This document shows positions 48,521 through 59,087 of a stretch of 64,000 bases of DNA, in pieces (positions within the stretch are counted from its first letter, which is position 1; every line of letters begins with the position of its first letter). The DNA is taken from positions 5,926 through 69,925 of the forward strand of contig JAGLNJ010000051.1 in NCBI GenBank assembly GCA_023139575.1, given 5' to 3'. Position numbers and translations under genes: made by a program. This DNA is from Candidatus Omnitrophota bacterium (GTDB lineage Bacteria > Omnitrophota > Gorgyraeia > Zapsychrales > JANLHA01). Under the pieces are notes generated by a model. That model did no database searches and had not been told where the DNA came from. It was given only the letters and a program-made list of their open reading frames with translations.

Positions 48521-48884
48521 ATCTTCAGTTGCGCGTCGAAAAAGACATAAAAAGGTTTTAAAAGAAACGAAAGGCCAGTTTGGCCATAGAAGCAAACGCT
48601 TTTCACAGGCTAAGCGATCTCTGAAAAAAGGGATGGCCTATGCGTTCCGCGACCGCAAGGTTAAGAAGAGACTATATAAAGCTATTTGGATTGTTCGGAT
48701 AAGCGCTGCTTGCCAAGAGGCAGGTATCGCCTATAGCCGTTTCATCAATGGTTTGACCAAGGCCAAAGTGGCTATAAACAGAAAAGTTTTAGCAGATCTA
48801 AGCATCAGTTCGCCAGCCACTTTCAAGCAGCTTGTCAAATTGGCTAAAGCAACCTTGACGGCTAAAATGCCGAAACAGGCTTAA
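48507..48884 (+). CDS. rplT: 50S ribosomal protein L20
   Basis: MVRIKSSVARRKRHKKVLKETKGQFG... is an L20 signature. Confidence 0.9.
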   Translation: MVRIKSSVARRKRHKKVLKETKGQFGHRSKRFSQAKRSLKKGMAYAFRDRKVKKRLYKAIWIVRISAACQEAGIAYSRFINGLTKAKVAINRKVLADLSISSPATFKQLVKLAKATLTAKMPKQA

Positions 48885-48908
48885 AAAGACGGCATTGATA
48901 ATCTTAAA

Positions 48909-48943
48909 ATGTGGGTTCTAAAAACAGAACTCACATTTTTTTT
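48909..48943 (+). terminator. Rho-independent terminator after rplT
   Basis: ATGTGGGTTCT-aaaaac-AGAACTCACAT stem (one mismatch) followed by TTTTTTTT. Confidence 0.7.
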
Positions 48944-49017
48944 GGCTCAGAGGAGCAGGCAGCGAAACCTAAAAAATTTCCTTGTTATAGTAATATTAAT
49001 ATAATACAATCATCACC

Positions 49018-50376
49018 ATGAGAATTATTATTGTTGGGGCAGGAATTATCGGTTCAAATTTGGCAAAATTCCTTACCGATGAGAACCATGAAGTCTATAT
49101 TATCGAGACTGATCCTGAAACCGCCCGAAAAGTTGATGAAAAGCTCGACGCTAAAGTCATTGTGGGTAACGGCGCGGATCCTGAGGCCCTCAAGAAAGCC
49201 GGCATCGAGCAAGCTGATTTGGTTATTGCGGTTACAACCTCAGATGAAACTAATTTAGTTGTAGGGGTTTTAGCAGAATCGTTTGGCGCCAAAAGAAGAA
49301 TTGCCCGGGTGCGCAGCGTGTCCTTGTCTAATGTCCTTGATGAAGTCGGATATGCCAAATTCCATTTAGATGAACTCATCAATCCTGAAGAATTAGCTTC
49401 GCAAACAATTATTAAGACTATTGAAACACCTGGAGCCAGTGAAGTGGCTGATTTTGCCGAAGGCAAGATCCTGTTGCGCGCCTTTGATATCCCAGAGGCC
49501 TCGCATTTATGCGGACTGCGCGTTGAAGAGGTTCGTGATGAAGACTTCCCTTGGCCATTTATTATTGTTGCTATCAAACGTAATGGATCCGTTCTCATTC
49601 CCAAAGGCGATACTTTTGTTGAGGCGGAAGACCGTATTTATGTTTTATTGCCCCACCAGTCTCTCGGAGAATTTTTGACCTTTGTTAATCCTGAAAGCCG
49701 TATGCCAAAAAAAGTGGTTATCTATGGCGCCACTCATATGGGGCAACGCGTGGCAAAGGCCTTAAGCGAAAAGATAAGCGATGTGATTTTATTAGAGGAG
49801 AACCCTCTTATAGCGGAAAAAGCGGCAGGAGCGCTGGAGTCGATACGGGTGATTAACGGGACAGCGGCCGAAAAAGATATATTAGTAGAATGCGGCATCG
49901 AAGCAGCAGATGCTTTTATTGCCACAAGCGGCAACGATCATTCTAATTTGGTCAGCGCTGTTTTAGCGAAAAAGATGGGCGCTAAACGGACCGCGATTAT
50001 TACGCAGCATCCGGATTATATGAGTATCGTCGATGCATTAAAAATAGATGCTCTCATCAACCCCAGGCTTTTGGCCATGCAGCAGATTTTACGATTAGTT
50101 CGAGGCAAGGGCATTCAATCCGTCACGAAGATGATGGATTGTGATGCCGAGGCGTTAGAATTTATTCCGGAACCGGGAGCCCCCATAACGAAGTCTCCGA
50201 TTAAAAACATCAACTTCCCAAAAAATTCTATTGTTGGCGCTGTTTCCCGTGAGGATGGGGTTATTCTCGTTGACGGAGAAACAGAAATCAAAGCAGGAGA
50301 ACGGGTAATCGTCTTTTGTCAAGAAAGCGCCGTCAAGAAGCTGCAATCATTATTTATTCATAAAAAAGCATTTTAA
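49018..50376 (+). CDS. trkA: Trk potassium uptake system NAD-binding protein TrkA (two RCK_N/RCK_C pairs)
   Basis: MRIIIVGAGIIGSNLAKFL Rossmann motif, a second Rossmann VVIYGATHMGQRVAK; 452 aa. Confidence 0.85.
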   Translation: MRIIIVGAGIIGSNLAKFLTDENHEVYIIETDPETARKVDEKLDAKVIVGNGADPEALKKAGIEQADLVIAVTTSDETNLVVGVLAESFGAKRRIARVRSVSLSNVLDEVGYAKFHLDELINPEELASQTIIKTIETPGASEVADFAEGKILLRAFDIPEASHLCGLRVEEVRDEDFPWPFIIVAIKRNGSVLIPKGDTFVEAEDRIYVLLPHQSLGEFLTFVNPESRMPKKVVIYGATHMGQRVAKALSEKISDVILLEENPLIAEKAAGALESIRVINGTAAEKDILVECGIEAADAFIATSGNDHSNLVSAVLAKKMGAKRTAIITQHPDYMSIVDALKIDALINPRLLAMQQILRLVRGKGIQSVTKMMDCDAEALEFIPEPGAPITKSPIKNINFPKNSIVGAVSREDGVILVDGETEIKAGERVIVFCQESAVKKLQSLFIHKKAF

Positions 50377-50388
50377 AAGGCCGTCTTT

Positions 50389-51843
50389 GTGCACAAGAAA
50401 TTCGTTTTAAATATAATTTCACGTATTCTCTTAATAGTATGCTTTGTCATGTTGGCTCCATTGGGGTGGGCTTTTTTGGCAAACCCTAACAGCCGCGAAG
50501 TGTTTGTTTTTGTTGCTACGATAGCCTTTGGGATGACCGTTGCCGGGATATGCCGGGTATTCTTGAGAATTAAAAAAACAGATTATGAAAAAATGAATAT
50601 TAAAGACGCCTTGGCTATTGTCGGGTTATCTTGGATTTGTTTGTCAGCTTATGGCGCTTTGCCGCTATTTTTTAGCGGGGCTGTGCCGTCCTTTACCGAC
50701 GCCTTTTTTGAAGTGGTTAGCGGTTTTACAACGACTGGGGCAACGATCATAACGGATGTTGAGGCCTTGCCGCGCGGCATCCTTTTCTGGCGGAGTTTGA
50801 CGCATTGGCTGGGCGGGATGGGAATCATTGTTTTATGTCTGGCTTTGTTGCCGGCTTTGGGGCATAGCGCTTTTCATCTTTATCGGGCCGAGGCCCCGGG
50901 AATCGCTGTCGAACGTGTTGAACCGCGGATTAAAGAGACCGCCAAAATTCTTTGGTCGGTGTATTTTCTGCTTTCCTTGGCGGAAACGCTGCTTCTTATG
51001 TTTGGGGGCATGACCTTTTATGAGTCCTTGTGCCATACTTTTGGGACAATGGCTACGGGAGGTTTTTCAACCAGAAACGCAAGCATCGGAGCTTTCAACG
51101 CTTATACGCAGTGGGTTATTACGGTCTTTATGTTTCTTGCCGGGGCAAATTTTATGCTGCATTATCAGGCCTTGAGGGGAAACATTAAAAGCTATCTTAA
51201 AAGTGAAGAGTTCCGCGCCTATTTAGGAATATTATTAGTGGGGACAATTTTCTTCTCCATGATTCTTTTTATGATGGGGCCAGAACCCTTTTCGTTTCGC
51301 GCAGCGGCTTTCCAGGTAACTTCCATTTTGACCACGACCGGTTATACAACAGTTGATTTTGATCTGTGGCCGCACGTCTTGCGTTTCGGTTTGATTCTGT
51401 TGATGTTTATTGGCGGGTGCGGCGGCTCAACCGGTGGCGGCATGAAAGTGGTCCGCATATTGCTGACCTTTAAAATGGCTATTAATTCTGTTGTGCAGAT
51501 GGTTTTTCCTAATGCCGTTATTCCATTAAAATGTGACAACAATCCCTTGCCGAACAGGCAAGTGACAACGGTTTTGTCTTATTTTATTGTTTATATTTTG
51601 CTTTTCTTTATCGGCTCGTTTCTTTTTATTCTCTTTGAGCGGTGTGACTTAGCAACCGGATTTTCGGCAACGATCGCCGCATTGAGTAATATTGGTCCCG
51701 GCCTCGTTAAAGTCGGTGCTACCCAAAACTACGCCTGGATATCTATTCCGGGAAAGTGGTTATTAATTTTTCTTATGTTGGCGGGAAGGCTTGAATTATA
51801 CGCAGTCTTGATTCTCATTTTTCCTTCGACGTGGAAAAAATAG
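50389..51843 (+). CDS. trkH: Trk potassium transporter membrane subunit TrkH
   Basis: 484 aa polytopic membrane protein with repeated TTTGYT/TTGF selectivity-like motifs (GFTTTGATI, TTTGYTTVD, GFSTRNAS). Confidence 0.85.
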   Translation: MHKKFVLNIISRILLIVCFVMLAPLGWAFLANPNSREVFVFVATIAFGMTVAGICRVFLRIKKTDYEKMNIKDALAIVGLSWICLSAYGALPLFFSGAVPSFTDAFFEVVSGFTTTGATIITDVEALPRGILFWRSLTHWLGGMGIIVLCLALLPALGHSAFHLYRAEAPGIAVERVEPRIKETAKILWSVYFLLSLAETLLLMFGGMTFYESLCHTFGTMATGGFSTRNASIGAFNAYTQWVITVFMFLAGANFMLHYQALRGNIKSYLKSEEFRAYLGILLVGTIFFSMILFMMGPEPFSFRAAAFQVTSILTTTGYTTVDFDLWPHVLRFGLILLMFIGGCGGSTGGGMKVVRILLTFKMAINSVVQMVFPNAVIPLKCDNNPLPNRQVTTVLSYFIVYILLFFIGSFLFILFERCDLATGFSATIAALSNIGPGLVKVGATQNYAWISIPGKWLLIFLMLAGRLELYAVLILIFPSTWKK

Positions 51844-51922
51844 ATGCTGATAAATAGAGCGTGACGCTGTAATTTTTGATGGTATAATGGTTGCAAGCTT
51901 TTTTGAATTTTAAGGAGAAACA

Positions 51923-52963
51923 ATGGGTTGGGATTTTAATGAGCTTCGCCAAAAAGTTCAGGAAGAAGCCAAAGGCATTCAGGATATTCAAGGCCTTGAG
52001 GCCTTCCGTATAAAATATTTAGGCCGCAAAGGCTTGATTCAGGGAATTTATGCCAGCCTGGCCACTTTGCCTAAAGAAGAAAAGCCTGCTGTAGGGAAAC
52101 GAGCAAATGATTTGAGATCGCTCATTACCCGGGAAATGGAAGAAAGGAAGAAGGCCGTGGAGTCTTCATTGCAGAGCAAGAAACGAAAAGGAGATATTGA
52201 TGTTTCTTTGCCGGGCGTAGGACAGGAATTTGGACGATCACATATTTTGACCCAAGTCATTGATGAAATATGCGGGACATTTGAAAACTTGGGCTTTATC
52301 GTTCACGAAAGCCCGGAGATCGAAACAGAATTTTATAATTTTACTGCGTTAAACATTCCGATCGACCATCCGTCCCGGGACGCCTTTGACACATTTTATT
52401 TGGAGCAAAAAGATTGCCAAAACCCGGATCGCAATGTGCTTTTGCGCAGCCACACATCTCCTGGACAGATTCGTATTATGGAAACAGCGAAGCCTCCACT
52501 TGCAGTGGTTGTTCCAGGGAAAGTGTACCGGCCTGATGCCGTTGATGCCAGCCATTCGTTTATGTTTCACCAGATCGAGGGGCTCCTTGTTGATAAAGAC
52601 GTGAAATTTTCTCACTTAAAAGGCCTTTTGAGTGAATTCTGCCGGCGTTTTTTCAGTGAAGATATTAAGATGCGTTTTCGTCCGCACTTTTTTCCTTTTA
52701 CGGAGCCTTCAGCTGAAGTAGATATTTCTTGTTATATTTGTGGTGGAAAGGGGTGTTCAGTTTGTGGACGAAAAGGGTGGCTTGAAATTTTAGGATGCGG
52801 CATGGTTCATCCAAAGGTTTTTGAAGCGGTCAATTATCCTAAAGGGAAATATACCGGGTTAGCCTTTGGCATGGGAGTAGAAAGAGTTGCCATGTTGAAA
52901 TATGGCATTCATGATATCCGTATCTTTTATGAAAACGACATAAGGTTTTTGAAACAGTTTTAA
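51923..52963 (+). CDS. pheS: Phenylalanyl-tRNA synthetase alpha subunit
   Basis: 346 aa; class II core FRPHFFPFTEPSAEVDI, GWLEILGCGMVHP. Confidence 0.9.
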   Translation: MGWDFNELRQKVQEEAKGIQDIQGLEAFRIKYLGRKGLIQGIYASLATLPKEEKPAVGKRANDLRSLITREMEERKKAVESSLQSKKRKGDIDVSLPGVGQEFGRSHILTQVIDEICGTFENLGFIVHESPEIETEFYNFTALNIPIDHPSRDAFDTFYLEQKDCQNPDRNVLLRSHTSPGQIRIMETAKPPLAVVVPGKVYRPDAVDASHSFMFHQIEGLLVDKDVKFSHLKGLLSEFCRRFFSEDIKMRFRPHFFPFTEPSAEVDISCYICGGKGCSVCGRKGWLEILGCGMVHPKVFEAVNYPKGKYTGLAFGMGVERVAMLKYGIHDIRIFYENDIRFLKQF

Positions 52964-52975
52964 TAGAGGGTTGTT

Positions 52976-55009
52976 ATGAAAATCAGTCTTAACTGGTTAA
53001 AAGACTACATAAAATTTAATATTCCTGTTGAAAAATTGGCGCATCGTTTAACGATGGCGGGTATGGAAATTGAGAAGATCCATTCTGTCGACGAGGATGT
53101 TGTTCTGGAGCTGGAAATTACGCCTAACCGTTCGGATTGTCTAAATGTTATCGGGATCGCCCGAGAGGTTTCGGCCGTTTTAAATAAGACGTTGATTATC
53201 CCGAAAGTCCGCAAAAGAAGGCTTCCTTCTGCCAAAGCGGATGTCGCTATTCTTGACCGCGAAGGGTGTTTGAGATACATTGGCGCTTTGATCAAAAATG
53301 TATCCGTGGGAAAGGCTCCTGATAGCATGGCCAAACGCCTTTCAGCTATAGGCCTTCGCCCCATTAACAATATCGTTGATATAACTAATTTTTGCCTTAT
53401 GGAAACAGGGCAGCCTATGCATGCCTTTGATTATGACAAACTTATTGGCGGTAAAATCGTCGTTCGTCGTGCCAGGCAGGGCGAGAAGATTGTCACGATC
53501 GATGGCGTGGAAAGAGTCTTGGACACGTCAATATTGGTTATTGCCGACACTAAAAGACCTGTAGCTGTTGCCGGTGTTATGGGCGGGCAGGATACGGAAG
53601 TAACCGAAAAGACAAAAAATATTCTGTTGGAAAGCGCCTGTTTTGATCCGGTTTTGGTGAGAAGAGGCGCGCGTAAATTAGGCCTTTCCACAGATTCGTC
53701 ATATCGTTTTGAACGGGGTGTTAATATTCAGATGGTGGAAGGGGCCGCACATCGCGCGATAGCTTTGATCCGCGAGTTTTCGCAAGGCGAAACAACGCAT
53801 TGGACGGATCTCTTTTTAACAAAGAGAAAAATTTCTAAATCCGAAATTAGTATAAAAATTCAACAGGTTAATGATCTGTTGGGCTCACAATTGACATATT
53901 CACGTTGCAAGACGATCCTGAAAAGACTTGAATTTTACGTCAAAGGAGAAAATCGTGACACCTTGCATGTGCAAGCCCCTGATTTCCGAGGAGATATTGA
54001 AAGGGAGGTAGACGTTATTGAAGAGATTGGCCGAGTGATCGGCTACGACAATCTCCCGATGAGTTTACCGCAAATTACGGTGACGCATTTAAATCCCCGA
54101 AATAATCGGCAGCTGAAAAAAGAAATGCGTGACATTCTGAATGCGCAGGGGTTTAATGAAATTATTACCTATACACTGATCAACAGTCAGTCTTTAGAAA
54201 AAACAAAGCAGGCCGCCCTTAAAAGAATTAGAGTTAAAAACCCTCTCACTCAAGATCAGGAAATCATGCGCCCGGATCTTCTCCCAAGTTTTTTAGACAT
54301 TGCGCTTTCCAACATTAATCGCGGCCAAAAAAACATGCGGCTATATGAACTCGGAAAAAAATATCTCCCCGAGGGAGAAAAAGAATTTTTGGCGATGATC
54401 GTCACGGGTCTTAAAGCTTCTGACTGGCGGAATTTTTCCAAAGGAAAAATGGATTTTTTTGATATCAAAGGGCCGGCTTCTGTTTTGATGGAACGGCTGC
54501 GCGTAAAAAAGGCTTCTTTTGAAGATGCGGCAGAATCTCCGATTTATGAGCCGGGACGCGCCGCAGTGATTAAGGCAGGGCAAACGGTTTTGGGAGACGC
54601 GGGGCAGATCAAAAAAGAAATTTTAAAAAAATGGGATATAAAATTTGAAGACATATACTTTCTTCAATTAAGCCTCACTGAGCTGGCAAAGGAAAGACAG
54701 CTGACGGCGGGCTTTGAACCGATTTCCGAATATCCTGCTATTACCCGGGATGTCAGTTTGGCTGTTAAAGAAGACGTTTCTTTTGCTCAAATTGAAAAAA
54801 CAGCTTTTCAATTAGGCGCAAAATTTTTGAAAGAAATAAACTTTATGGAAGTATATCGCGGGGAAAAAATACCCCAAGGATATAAGGGGCTGAGTTTCTC
54901 GCTCCGCTACCAATCTTCTAGACGCACTTTGACAGAAGAAGAGATCGGTGAGGTTCACGCAACTATTTGTCAAAGTTATATCGACCAGACGCGGGCGATT
55001 ATCCGTTAA
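52976..55009 (+). CDS. pheT: Phenylalanyl-tRNA synthetase beta subunit
   Basis: 677 aa; MKISLNWLKDYI is the classic PheT start; B3/4 and B5 domains; follows pheS. Confidence 0.9.
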   Translation: MKISLNWLKDYIKFNIPVEKLAHRLTMAGMEIEKIHSVDEDVVLELEITPNRSDCLNVIGIAREVSAVLNKTLIIPKVRKRRLPSAKADVAILDREGCLRYIGALIKNVSVGKAPDSMAKRLSAIGLRPINNIVDITNFCLMETGQPMHAFDYDKLIGGKIVVRRARQGEKIVTIDGVERVLDTSILVIADTKRPVAVAGVMGGQDTEVTEKTKNILLESACFDPVLVRRGARKLGLSTDSSYRFERGVNIQMVEGAAHRAIALIREFSQGETTHWTDLFLTKRKISKSEISIKIQQVNDLLGSQLTYSRCKTILKRLEFYVKGENRDTLHVQAPDFRGDIEREVDVIEEIGRVIGYDNLPMSLPQITVTHLNPRNNRQLKKEMRDILNAQGFNEIITYTLINSQSLEKTKQAALKRIRVKNPLTQDQEIMRPDLLPSFLDIALSNINRGQKNMRLYELGKKYLPEGEKEFLAMIVTGLKASDWRNFSKGKMDFFDIKGPASVLMERLRVKKASFEDAAESPIYEPGRAAVIKAGQTVLGDAGQIKKEILKKWDIKFEDIYFLQLSLTELAKERQLTAGFEPISEYPAITRDVSLAVKEDVSFAQIEKTAFQLGAKFLKEINFMEVYRGEKIPQGYKGLSFSLRYQSSRRTLTEEEIGEVHATICQSYIDQTRAIIR

Positions 55010-55033
55010 TTTTTTCTTTAAGGATATGGCAGA

Positions 55034-55061
55034 TTGAAATACAAAACAATAGTGCTATAAT
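55034..55061 (+). promoter_or_regulatory. Sigma-70-like promoter (TTGAAA-16 nt-TATAAT) upstream of a ~170-nt leader preceding rarA
   Basis: TTGAAA at 55034-55039 and TATAAT at 55056-55061. Confidence 0.45.
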
Positions 55062-55248
55062 ATATCCATCCCTGCTGTGTTCGTTAGTGGCTGACTAAAT
55101 GAACCAATAATGGTATGAAGGGAGCCTGACTTCTAGATGTCCCAGGACATCTTAGAGGGGTACCCACCTATAACACAGGTTCACTCCTATACTAAGGCCC
55201 GACGGCAATAGCGGGGATTTCTTTTCTAGTCTGCCTTTATGAACGAGA

Positions 55249-56637
55249 ATGAAAAAGGCATCTCAAAATAACTCCGAAGACCTCTTTACGGTGAAACGGC
55301 AAAAAGAATTGCTGGCCACTTCCCCCCTTAGCGCGCGCATGCGTCCAGGCACATTAAAAGAATATGCGGGGCAAAAACACATCTTGGGTGAAGGCAAATT
55401 ATTAAACCGCGCCATAGCCGCTGATCGGATCAGCTCGTTGATTTTGTATGGGCCTCCGGGCTGCGGCAAGACGACTTTAGCGCATTGTATTAGCAGCCAG
55501 TCTCAGGCTGTTTTCGAGAAGGTCAATGCGGTTTCCTCAAATGTTGAGGAGCTGCGTAAAGTTCTTCTTTCCGGACGGCACAGACGCATGAATTCCGGGA
55601 ACAAAACGATTCTCTTTATTGACGAGATCCATCGTTTTAATAAGGCACAACAGGATGTCCTTATGCCCGATTTGGAAGACGGTAGCGTGGTCTTGATTGG
55701 GGCCACGGTTTTTAATCCGTTTTTTTCTCTGGTTAGCCCTCTTTTATCCCGATCCTTGGTTTTTGAGCTGCAAGCTTTGCAGACGGAGGATATTTTATCT
55801 TTATTAAAAAGGGCGTTGAAGGATAAAGAACGGGGTTTAGGCATGCTCAAAATTAAGGCCAGCCCTAAAGCCCTAAACTTCCTTGCTGACATCTGCGATG
55901 GCGACGCAAGAAAGGCGCTAAACGCTCTTGAGATAGGATGCCTGACAACGACAAAGAATAAGCAGGGCGTCATCAATTTTTCCCTGAAAGTGGCACAGGA
56001 ATCAATTCAGAAAAAACAGGTCAATTATGATCAGGCTGGTGATGCTCATTATGACACCGCATCGGCTTTCATAAAATCCATGCGGGGTTCTGATCCGGAT
56101 GCGGCCTTATATTGGATGGCAAAAATGATTTATGCAGGGGAAGACCACCGGTTTATAGCGCGAAGGATTTGTATTTGCGCGGCTGAAGACGTCGGCAATG
56201 CGGACCCCAGAGCAATAACAGTGGCTAATGCTGCCTATCAGATTACGGAATTTATCGGCATGCCGGAAGCTCGCATTCCTTTGGCCCAGGCGGCTGTTTA
56301 TGTGGCTTGCGCTCCTAAGTCAAACGCTGTTTATTTAGGAATTGATAAGGCCTTATCTGATGTAAAAAATAAGAGGATTCAGGAGGTCCCTACATATTTA
56401 AAAGACGCTTCATATTCTGGGGCAAAGAAGATGGGGCATGGCCAGGGCTATCGTTATTCCCATGATTATAAAGATCATTATGTTGCTCAGGATTATACCC
56501 CTAAGGGCGTTGACTATTATCATCCCACGGATTTGGGATTTGAAAAAGAAATGAAGCAGCGGTTGGCAAAAATAAGGCAAAATTCGACAAAAGAGAAGAA
56601 AAACCCTCAAAATTTTGGAAAAGCGCAAAAATATTAA
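55249..56637 (+). CDS. rarA: Replication-associated recombination protein A (RarA/MgsA, AAA+ ATPase)
   Basis: LILYGPPGCGKTTLA Walker A, ILFIDEIHRFNKAQQD; C-terminal MgsA domain ...YDQAGDAHYD... Confidence 0.85.
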   Translation: MKKASQNNSEDLFTVKRQKELLATSPLSARMRPGTLKEYAGQKHILGEGKLLNRAIAADRISSLILYGPPGCGKTTLAHCISSQSQAVFEKVNAVSSNVEELRKVLLSGRHRRMNSGNKTILFIDEIHRFNKAQQDVLMPDLEDGSVVLIGATVFNPFFSLVSPLLSRSLVFELQALQTEDILSLLKRALKDKERGLGMLKIKASPKALNFLADICDGDARKALNALEIGCLTTTKNKQGVINFSLKVAQESIQKKQVNYDQAGDAHYDTASAFIKSMRGSDPDAALYWMAKMIYAGEDHRFIARRICICAAEDVGNADPRAITVANAAYQITEFIGMPEARIPLAQAAVYVACAPKSNAVYLGIDKALSDVKNKRIQEVPTYLKDASYSGAKKMGHGQGYRYSHDYKDHYVAQDYTPKGVDYYHPTDLGFEKEMKQRLAKIRQNSTKEKKNPQNFGKAQKY

Positions 56638-56790
56638 AAATTAGTAGGTTTATATATATTAATATATAATCAAAAAGAATAAAGTTGTAGATTTATATAA
56701 AAAGTGATAATATATTAAAAATGTCAACAGGGGAAAAACTGGTTCAGAGAGCCTTTTTAAATTTATCCAAATATTTAAAGAAAATTTCTT

Positions 56791-57351
56791 GTGAAAATAG
56801 AAGAAAAACACGGTATCCGAGAAAGAATATTAACACTTTTAAGAAAACAAAAGGAGGCTGACAAGCTTCAAAAGAGCCTGATTATTTTAAAAAAATTATT
56901 TGCGTTAGAAGCGTTTGATAATGCAAAAACAGTTCTTTTTTATGCGTCTTTTGATGGAGAAGTTGAAACTTTTGAAATGATGGCGCAAGCCAAAAAAATG
57001 AAGAAAAGCGTAGCACTACCGATTATTTTAATGCGAGAAGAAAAAATAATACCTGTTTTAATCGATAATTTTGTGGAAGAAATTGAGATTGGCCCTTACG
57101 GTATTCAGCAACCACGATATGATCATGATAAAATGTTAAATATCCAGGGCATAGACGCTGTTATTATTCCTGGAGTTGCTTATGATAAAAAAAAATATCG
57201 GTTAGGCCGAGGGAAAGGTTTTTACGATCGTTTTTTAAATGACCTCTCTAAAGAGACGCCAACTATCGGTTTGGCGTTTGATTTTCAGGTCATTGATGAT
57301 ATCCCGCATGAAGAACACGATGTTCCTGTAGACTACGTTATTACTAATTAG
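56791..57351 (+). CDS. 5-formyltetrahydrofolate cyclo-ligase
   Basis: 186 aa; ...ALPII...; IIPGVAYDKKKYRLGRGKGFYDRFL is the 5-FCL signature. Confidence 0.75.
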   Translation: MKIEEKHGIRERILTLLRKQKEADKLQKSLIILKKLFALEAFDNAKTVLFYASFDGEVETFEMMAQAKKMKKSVALPIILMREEKIIPVLIDNFVEEIEIGPYGIQQPRYDHDKMLNIQGIDAVIIPGVAYDKKKYRLGRGKGFYDRFLNDLSKETPTIGLAFDFQVIDDIPHEEHDVPVDYVITN

Positions 57352-57467
57352 CTTCCTTCTTTTTTAGACTAGATTTTCCTTAATTGCCTGTTTTTTGAAC
57401 AGTAAAGGGCTAATACTTAAAAAGAGACGGCTGTCTCGATAACATAAAATAAAGAGGAGTTGTACAA

Positions 57468-59048
57468 ATGAAGGAAATTGCCGCTTTAACTATGGACCAA
57501 AGCTTAATCATTGGGATTATTGCTGGTTTTTGTATTTTTGTAGGGTGGATGTTGCGATCTTATTTTGCCGGAAAGAAATTGCGTGAAGCTGAACAGCGCG
57601 CTAAGGAGTTAACAGAATTTGCCAATCGTGAAGCGGACAGCCGTAAGAAAGAAACCGAGCTGGCAGCCAAGGATCTCATGTTGAAGATTCACCAAGATTT
57701 TGACAAGGAAACTAAAGGCAGGCGTGAGGAACTGGCAGCGACAGAGAAGCGTATTTTGCAAAAGGAAGAAAATCTTGATAAAAGAGTCGATTTGCTGGAG
57801 AAAAAAGAAAAAGACATTAATAATCGGCTGATGGTTTTAAGAAAAGAAGAAGATGGTTTCAAATTAAAAAATGAAGAACTTACCAAGCTTATTGCTGAAG
57901 AAAAAAAGAGACTGCAGCATATTTCGTCTATGTCGTCGGATGAGGCCAAGGCGTTGTTGTTGAAAAGGGTAGATGAAGAATTGGTAGAGGAAAAGGCGAC
58001 GCGGATCAGAAGAAACGAAGAAGATATTAAAGAGGCTTCTGATAAGACGGCCAAACAAATTGTCAGCACTGCTATCCAAAGATGCGCCTCTGATCATACG
58101 GCTGAAACTACCTTGAGCGTTGTGGCCTTGCCGAGTGATGAGATGAAAGGACGAATTATCGGACGGGAAGGACGCAATATCCGCGCTTTGGAAATGGCTA
58201 CGGGAGTTGATATTATTATTGATGATACTCCTGAAGCGGTTACGATTTCAGGGTTTGATATGGTTAGAAGAGAAATCGCGCGTATTGCTTTGCAAAATTT
58301 GATTGCGGATGGACGGATTCACCCGGGGCGAATTGAAGAGGTTGTTGAGAAGGCAAAACAAGAAATTGAAAGCCGTATAAAAGAAGAAGGGGAAAAGGCT
58401 GCGTTTGACTTAGGGATACACGGCATGCATCCTGAGCTTTTAAAACTCGTCGGAAGGCTGAAATACCGCACCAGTTTTGGTCAGAACGCCCTAATTCACA
58501 CCAAAGAAGTTGCGAGTCTTATGAAGATTATGGCAACGCAAATGGGCTTGGACCCCAAGATTGCTGTCCGTGCCGGGCTTTTGCATGACATCGGGAAAGT
58601 GGTCAGCCAGGAGATGGGAGAGGGTACGCATGCTTTAGTTGGCGCTAATTTATCTCGGAAGTTTGGTGAAGGCGAAACTGCCGTAAACGCGATTGCTTCT
58701 CATCATGACGAGGTTGATTGCGAAACAGAATACGGGGTTCTTTTATGTGCGGCTGATGCCATCAGCGCTTCTCGCCCTGGAGCCAGAGCCGAAACGCTTG
58801 AGACATATGTCAAGAGACTTGAAAGTTTAGAGAAGATCGCGAATGCTTTTAAAGGCGTAGACAAATCTTATGCTTTGCAGGCAGGTAGAGAGATCCGTAT
58901 TGTGGTCAGCCCTGATAAAATCAATGACGACGAAGCTATTGTTATGGCGAGGGATATTCGTAAGCGCATCGAACAGGAATTGGAATATCCGGGGCAAATA
59001 AAAGTTATTGTTGTTCGGGAAACCCGCGCGGTTGAATTCGCAAAATAA
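57468..59048 (+). CDS. rny: Ribonuclease Y
   Basis: N-terminal TM, coiled coil, KH domain (GRIIGREGRNIRALE), HD domain (LLHDIGKV...HH). Confidence 0.9.
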   Translation: MKEIAALTMDQSLIIGIIAGFCIFVGWMLRSYFAGKKLREAEQRAKELTEFANREADSRKKETELAAKDLMLKIHQDFDKETKGRREELAATEKRILQKEENLDKRVDLLEKKEKDINNRLMVLRKEEDGFKLKNEELTKLIAEEKKRLQHISSMSSDEAKALLLKRVDEELVEEKATRIRRNEEDIKEASDKTAKQIVSTAIQRCASDHTAETTLSVVALPSDEMKGRIIGREGRNIRALEMATGVDIIIDDTPEAVTISGFDMVRREIARIALQNLIADGRIHPGRIEEVVEKAKQEIESRIKEEGEKAAFDLGIHGMHPELLKLVGRLKYRTSFGQNALIHTKEVASLMKIMATQMGLDPKIAVRAGLLHDIGKVVSQEMGEGTHALVGANLSRKFGEGETAVNAIASHHDEVDCETEYGVLLCAADAISASRPGARAETLETYVKRLESLEKIANAFKGVDKSYALQAGREIRIVVSPDKINDDEAIVMARDIRKRIEQELEYPGQIKVIVVRETRAVEFAK

Positions 59049-59087
59049 AATTGTTAGCTGAAAGACAGGCTTCAGGAAACAAACCTC

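Noticed and set aside
55010-55250. SRP RNA, tmRNA, 6S or RNase P RNA in the pheT-rarA spacer
   Set aside because: None of the conserved cores is present (SRP domain IV GGAAGCAGCCA-type motif, tmRNA tag ORF plus tRNA-like ends, RNase P P4 motifs). It is too short for RNase P. Kept only as a generic sRNA/leader candidate.
49095-58069. Antisense ORFs inside trkA (49095-49604), rarA (55503-55976) and rny (57689-58069, Ser-rich)
   Set aside because: They lie opposite strongly supported housekeeping CDSs and have low-complexity translations. These are typical shadow ORFs.
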